DNA from: an uncultured Acidobacteriota bacterium
GTDB lineage: Bacteria; Acidobacteriota; Vicinamibacteria; Vicinamibacterales; CAVVIG01
Assembly (NCBI GenBank): GCA_963695635.1
Contig: CAVOHK010000005.1
Location: 135,078 to 199,077 of the forward strand
Length of the DNA stretch: 64,000 nucleotides
Direction of reading: 5' to 3'
Of this stretch, positions 60,017 through 64,000 are shown one piece after another; the stretch's first letter is position 1; the number at the start of each line of letters is the position of its first letter. The translations under genes were made by a program, and so were the position numbers. The notes under the pieces are model-generated. The model had not been told where the DNA came from. It made no database searches and saw nothing but the letters and a program-made list of their open reading frames with translations.

Positions 60017-60879
60017 CCTTTCAAATCGCCGAGAATCTGCTCGGGCGTCCAGTCGTTGCCGGTATAGACCTTCAACAGCTTGCCGTCCTTGTCGATGATC
60101 ACGGTGCGCAGGTTGTGGGTGATGTCGCGCGCATCGTTGAGCGCTCGCGACACCTGCACGCCGAAGCGCGCCGCAAAGCGGTCGACGTCATCGCGATCGC
60201 CGGTCAGAAACGTCCAGCGCTCGGGATCGGCGTTCAGGCGCCGCGCATGCGCTTTCAGCACCGGCGGCGTATCGGTCGCCGGATCGAAGCTGACGCTGAC
60301 CAGCCGGACGTCTTGCATCGCCGCATTCTCCGCCAACGGCTTCTGCATCGCCGCGAAGCGACGGTCGAGCAGCGGGCAGAAGGTCGGCATCGGACATTCG
60401 GTGTAGATGAAGGTCATCACCACCCGCGATCCCCTGAAGTCCGCAAAGGCGCGCTTGTTGCCGTCCTGATCGACGAAGTTCGCGTTCGGCACCGCTTCGC
60501 CCGGTTTCAACAGCTCGAAGCCCGACGACGCGGTGGGCATCGGCGCATCGGCCGGCGGCTTTTCGAGCGGCGCCGATCCGACTTTTTTCACCGCTGTCAG
60601 GTGGGCGCCGTTCGCGAACACAACCAAAGTGGCGTTGATCAAATCTCCCGGCGCAATGGCGTTCAACGTTTTTGCATCCTGCACTTCGTAGGGCATGGTC
60701 ATCGCCGGCATGAAGCCTTTGATTTCTTCGTGCTTGACGGTCACCGACTTGTGCGCGGCGTCGATCGAGAGAACCTGGCCCTGCAGCGTGTATGAACGTT
60801 CGTCGGTCTTGTTCGCACACGCATCGCTCACTGCGACGGTGGCGATTAGGAAGAGGACAACACGAAAAAGACGAGGCAT
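60013..60879 (-). CDS. SCO1/SenC family lipoprotein with N-terminal CusF-like domain
   Basis: VTVKHEEIKGFMPAMTMPYEV; FIYTECPMPTFCP; SVSFDP, THNLRT. Confidence 0.88.
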   Translation of the reverse strand: MPRLFRVVLFLIATVAVSDACANKTDERSYTLQGQVLSIDAAHKSVTVKHEEIKGFMPAMTMPYEVQDAKTLNAIAPGDLINATLVVFANGAHLTAVKKVGSAPLEKPPADAPMPTASSGFELLKPGEAVPNANFVDQDGNKRAFADFRGSRVVMTFIYTECPMPTFCPLLDRRFAAMQKPLAENAAMQDVRLVSVSFDPATDTPPVLKAHARRLNADPERWTFLTGDRDDVDRFAARFGVQVSRALNDARDITHNLRTVIIDKDGKLLKVYTGNDWTPEQILGDLKG

Positions 60880-60888
60880 GTGTATAGT

Positions 60889-60978
60889 GTACTCGCGACT
60901 CGTCACTCGCGGCTCGACCAGCAACGAGCGACCAGCGACGAGCAGCGAGCAGACGAGCAGCGAGCGACGAGCAACGAG
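60889..60978. repeat. Inverted array of 7-bp repeats, same family as 18577-18678
   Basis: GTACTCG CGACTCG TCACTCG CGGCTCG ... CCAGCAA CGAGCGA CCAGCGA CGAGCAG CGAGCAG ... CGAGCGA CGAGCAA. Confidence 0.85.
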
Positions 60979-61680
60979 ATGATCTGGATCGGAACCTCGG
61001 GCTACAACTATCCGGAGTGGAAGGGCAACTTTTATCCGGCCGATCTGCCGGCTGCGAAAATGCTGCCGTACTATGCGGCGCGGTTTCCGACGGTCGAGAT
61101 CAACTATACGTTTTACCGGATGCCGAACGAAAAGCTGGTCGGTGGCTGGGCAGCGCAAACGCCGTCGCCGTACAAGCTGACCTTGAAGGCGTCTCGAAAG
61201 ATCACCCACGATAACCGCTTGAAGCAGGTCGGTGTGCTGGTTGCGTCGTTCTGCCAGGTTGCCGCGTCGCTCGGTGACAAGCTCGGCGCGATCCTGTTTC
61301 AGTTGCCGCCGAACCTGAAAAAAGATCTCACGGTGTTCGACACCTTTCTGGCAGAACTTCCCCCGCGGGTCTGCGGAGCATTCGAGTTCCGGCATCCGTC
61401 GTGGTTCGAGGAAGACGTGTTGTCGCGATTGGCGGCGAGGAACTTGTCGCTGTGCGTCGCCGACAGCGAGAAACTGTCGACGCCGCTGCGGGTCACTGCC
61501 GACTACGCCTACTTCCGGCTGCGCGATGAGGGCTATACGCCAGACGCGATCAAACGCTGGGGCGACGACATTGCCCGCGCCACCGAGTCGTGCCGCGAGG
61601 TCTACATCTATTTCAAGCACGAGGAACAGGGGAAGGGCCCCGAATTCGCGCGCTTGCTGATGCAACATTTGCAGGTCTGA
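60979..61680 (+). CDS. DUF72 family protein
   Basis: [34 protein letters not shown]. Confidence 0.92.
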   Translation: MIWIGTSGYNYPEWKGNFYPADLPAAKMLPYYAARFPTVEINYTFYRMPNEKLVGGWAAQTPSPYKLTLKASRKITHDNRLKQVGVLVASFCQVAASLGDKLGAILFQLPPNLKKDLTVFDTFLAELPPRVCGAFEFRHPSWFEEDVLSRLAARNLSLCVADSEKLSTPLRVTADYAYFRLRDEGYTPDAIKRWGDDIARATESCREVYIYFKHEEQGKGPEFARLLMQHLQV

Positions 61681-61681
61681 C

Positions 61682-63241
61682 ATGAGCGAACCGTTTGTCG
61701 TTGGAAAAACCGCGTCGGGCCAGGACGTGCTGTTCCGCCCGGCGCTCGCGAACCGTCATGGACTGATCACCGGCGCGACCGGGACCGGCAAGACGGTGAC
61801 GCTGCAGATGCTGACCGATCATTTTTCACAGATCGGAGTCCCGGTTTTTCTTGCCGACGTCAAGGGCGACCTGTCGGGGCTGGCCGCGGCCGGCTCCGCG
61901 TCGGACAAGATGAAAGCGCGGTTGAAGTCCACGGGGAACGCCGAGCCGGCCTGGCGCGCCAATCCGGCGGTCTTCTGGGACGTTTTCGGCAGGAAGGGTT
62001 TTCCGATCCGCGCCACCATTTCCGATCTCGGGCCGCTGCTGCTCGGCCGCCTGTTCAACCTGAATCCGACGCAGCAGGGCGTGCTCGCAATCGTGTTCAA
62101 GATCGCAGACGACGCCGGCCTGCCGCTGCTGGATCTGAAAGACCTGCGCGCGATGCTGGCGCACGTCGGCGACAATGCCGCGCAGTTCAGGACCAATTAC
62201 GGGAACGTCTCGACCGCGTCGGTCGGCGCCGTCCAGCGCGCGATTCTCGAAGTCGAGCAGCAGGGCGGAACGAGCTTCTTCGGCGAGCCGATGCTCGACG
62301 TCGACGACCTGCTGCAGACCGATTCGAAGGGGCAAGGAATTGTCAGCGTCCTGGTCGCCGACCAGTTGATCCAGGCTCCGAAGGTCTATGCGACGTTCCT
62401 GCTCTGGATGTTGTCGGAATTCTACGAACGGCTGCCGGAGGTGGGTGACGCGGACAAGCCCAAGCTGGTGTTTTTCTTCGACGAAGCCCACCTGCTGTTC
62501 ACCGACGCGCCTGACGCGCTCGTCCAGAAGATCGAGCAGGTGGTTCGTCTGATCCGTTCGAAGGGCGTTGGCGTGTACTTCGTGACGCAGAGCCCTTCCG
62601 ACGTTCCCGAGACAGTGCTCGGACAGCTCGGCAACCGCGTCCAGCACGCGCTGCGCGCGTTTACGCCGAAGGACCAGAAGGCAGTGAGGGTTGCGGCTGA
62701 AACGTTGCGACCGAATCCGAAGATCAACATCAACGCGGCGATCATGGAGCTCGGCGTCGGCGAAGCGTTGGTGTCGATGCTCGACGACAAAGGCAGTCCG
62801 ACGATCACCGAGCGCGCGTGGATCGCGCCGCCGGCGTCACAGATCGGGCCGATTACCGACAGCGCGCGCGACACGATCCATCAGCAGAACCAACCAGCCT
62901 ACGGGCACTACGAGAAAGCCATCGATCGCGAGTCGGCCTACGAGAAGCTGACCGCTCGGACCGCGGAGAAGACCGAATCCGTCGATGCCCCTCCGGTCAC
63001 GCCGCGACCCGGTACCGGTACGCCGTCAGGAGGCGGGACGGCCGCGTCAGGCACCGACAGCGTAACCGGTGCGCTGACCTCGATTCTGTTTGGCACGACC
63101 GGCCCTCGTGGTGGCAAGCACGACGGACTCGTGCAATCGGCCGCCAAATCGGCCGCGCGTTCGGTGGGGTCGGGCGTCGGCCGCGCTATCCTCCGCGGTG
63201 CGCTCGGATCGATACTCGGCGGATCCTCGCGGCGACGGTAA
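61682..63241 (+). CDS. DUF853/YjgR HerA-like ATPase
   Basis: [48 protein letters not shown]. Confidence 0.92.
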   Translation: MSEPFVVGKTASGQDVLFRPALANRHGLITGATGTGKTVTLQMLTDHFSQIGVPVFLADVKGDLSGLAAAGSASDKMKARLKSTGNAEPAWRANPAVFWDVFGRKGFPIRATISDLGPLLLGRLFNLNPTQQGVLAIVFKIADDAGLPLLDLKDLRAMLAHVGDNAAQFRTNYGNVSTASVGAVQRAILEVEQQGGTSFFGEPMLDVDDLLQTDSKGQGIVSVLVADQLIQAPKVYATFLLWMLSEFYERLPEVGDADKPKLVFFFDEAHLLFTDAPDALVQKIEQVVRLIRSKGVGVYFVTQSPSDVPETVLGQLGNRVQHALRAFTPKDQKAVRVAAETLRPNPKININAAIMELGVGEALVSMLDDKGSPTITERAWIAPPASQIGPITDSARDTIHQQNQPAYGHYEKAIDRESAYEKLTARTAEKTESVDAPPVTPRPGTGTPSGGGTAASGTDSVTGALTSILFGTTGPRGGKHDGLVQSAAKSAARSVGSGVGRAILRGALGSILGGSSRRR

Positions 63242-63247
63242 AAAGAC

Positions 63248-63336
63248 GAACGCCGAGCGCGCCGAGCACGCTGAGTCAACCAATGCTTAGGTGGTTGACC
63301 ACTCGACCCTCGGCGGACTCCGCGGTCTCGGCGTTC
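63248..63336. repeat. REP-like 3x9-mer inverted element, copy 5
   Basis: AACGCCGAG CGCGCCGAG CACGCTGAG -33nt with inner hairpin- CTCGGCGGA CTCCGCGGT CTCGGCGTT. Confidence 0.9.
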
Positions 63337-64000
63337 CTTTCTTTCACCAGCCGCTCGACGAAGTCCACGATCCGGGTCTCCGCCCAGTAGCCGTCGTCCT
63401 CTCCGGCGCGGTCGCCGATAAATCCGCAGTGGCCGCCATGCGCGAGGACGCGCAATTCGATATGCGGGTTGCCGATCAATTTCGGATCGCGGAAGGGCTG
63501 CGACGGAACGAACGGATCGTCTTCGGCGGTGATGATCAGCGCCGGCACGCGGATGCGGTCGACGACGCGCATCGCTGATGCGCGGTGGTAATAGTCCGAG
63601 GCGCTGCGGAAACCGAAATGCGGTGCGGTGACGGTTTCGTCGAACTGCCGTACTGTTTTCACCGCGTCGAGTTTCGACAGATCGTATTCGCCTGGATACA
63701 GCCGATCCTTCAGCCGCATCCGTTTCTTCAGATCACGGACGAAATTCCATTCGTAGATCCAGTTCTCCGGCCGTTCGAGCGCGCGCGTGCATTGCTCGAT
63801 CTCGATGATCGGCGAGACCGCCGCGATGCCGAGCAACTCGCGCGGCGGATGCGCACCGAACTCGCCGGCGAGTTTGAGCGCCAGATTCCCGCCCAGCGAA
63901 TATCCCGACACCGCAATCGCTGGTAAGCCGTCGACCCGAGTCAGTTCGTGAATGATCCGGGCGGCGTCGCTCGTCAACCCGGAGTGAAACAATCCGCGCG
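63276..64000 (-). CDS. YheT-like alpha/beta hydrolase, 5'-truncated by the window edge
   Basis: GYSLGG nucleophile elbow, DDPFVP, GGHCGF. Confidence 0.88.
   Translation of the reverse strand, partial: RGLFHSGLTSDAARIIHELTRVDGLPAIAVSGYSLGGNLALKLAGEFGAHPPRELLGIAAVSPIIEIEQCTRALERPENWIYEWNFVRDLKKRMRLKDRLYPGEYDLSKLDAVKTVRQFDETVTAPHFGFRSASDYYHRASAMRVVDRIRVPALIITAEDDPFVPSQPFRDPKLIGNPHIELRVLAHGGHCGFIGDRAGEDDGYWAETRIVDFVERLVKERNAETAESAEGRVVNHLSIG

Noticed and set aside
61682..63241. HerA-type anti-phage defence system
   Set aside because: The sequence matches the widespread DUF853/YjgR family, with no NurA, SIR2 or nuclease partner
9979..63336. CRISPR arrays
   Set aside because: Units are 7-12 bp and contiguous, with no unique 25-45 bp spacers in series and no cas genes

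Overview
High-GC bacterial chromosomal DNA, most likely Acidobacteriota of the Vicinamibacteria/subgroup 6 type. This is an inference from the ADOP-type permease, the Oar-like TonB receptor and the gene repertoire. Single-base indels break many genes, including aceE, which points to an unpolished long-read assembly rather than mass pseudogenisation. Left to right: (1) pyruvate dehydrogenase aceE-aceF-lpdA; (2) a GAF/sigma54 activator with a divergent two-gene target, then lipA; (3) an aerobic benzoyl-CoA (box) cluster with thioesterase, benzoate-CoA ligase, TetR, boxC, boxB, MBL hydrolase and ALDH, but no boxA or boxR; (4) a TonB siderophore receptor; (5) a NRAMP plus soluble MgtE-N/CBS pair; (6) a putative metal-uptake locus with a His-rich OM protein, Cys/His leader ORF, TonB receptor and BNR protein; (7) assorted enzymes, a desaturase and a cytochrome c'; (8) an OM barrel/cupredoxin/kinase/sigma54-regulator operon; (9) an isolated nuoB-nuoI pair; (10) a peptidase/propeller/Omp85 protein; (11) ECF sigma, anti-sigma and TlpA; (12) a MacAB-type ABC exporter with a second desaturase; (13) SCO, DUF72, DUF853 and YheT. 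I found no rRNA, tRNA, CRISPR, transposase or phage genes. The strongest non-gene signals are about 15 short-period (7/8/9/12-bp) tandem-repeat elements, most of them intergenic and inverted; a complete sigma54 promoter with four enhancer-like palindromes; a 26-bp Fur-like box shared by a siderophore receptor and a desaturase; and a candidate metal-sensing leader peptide.
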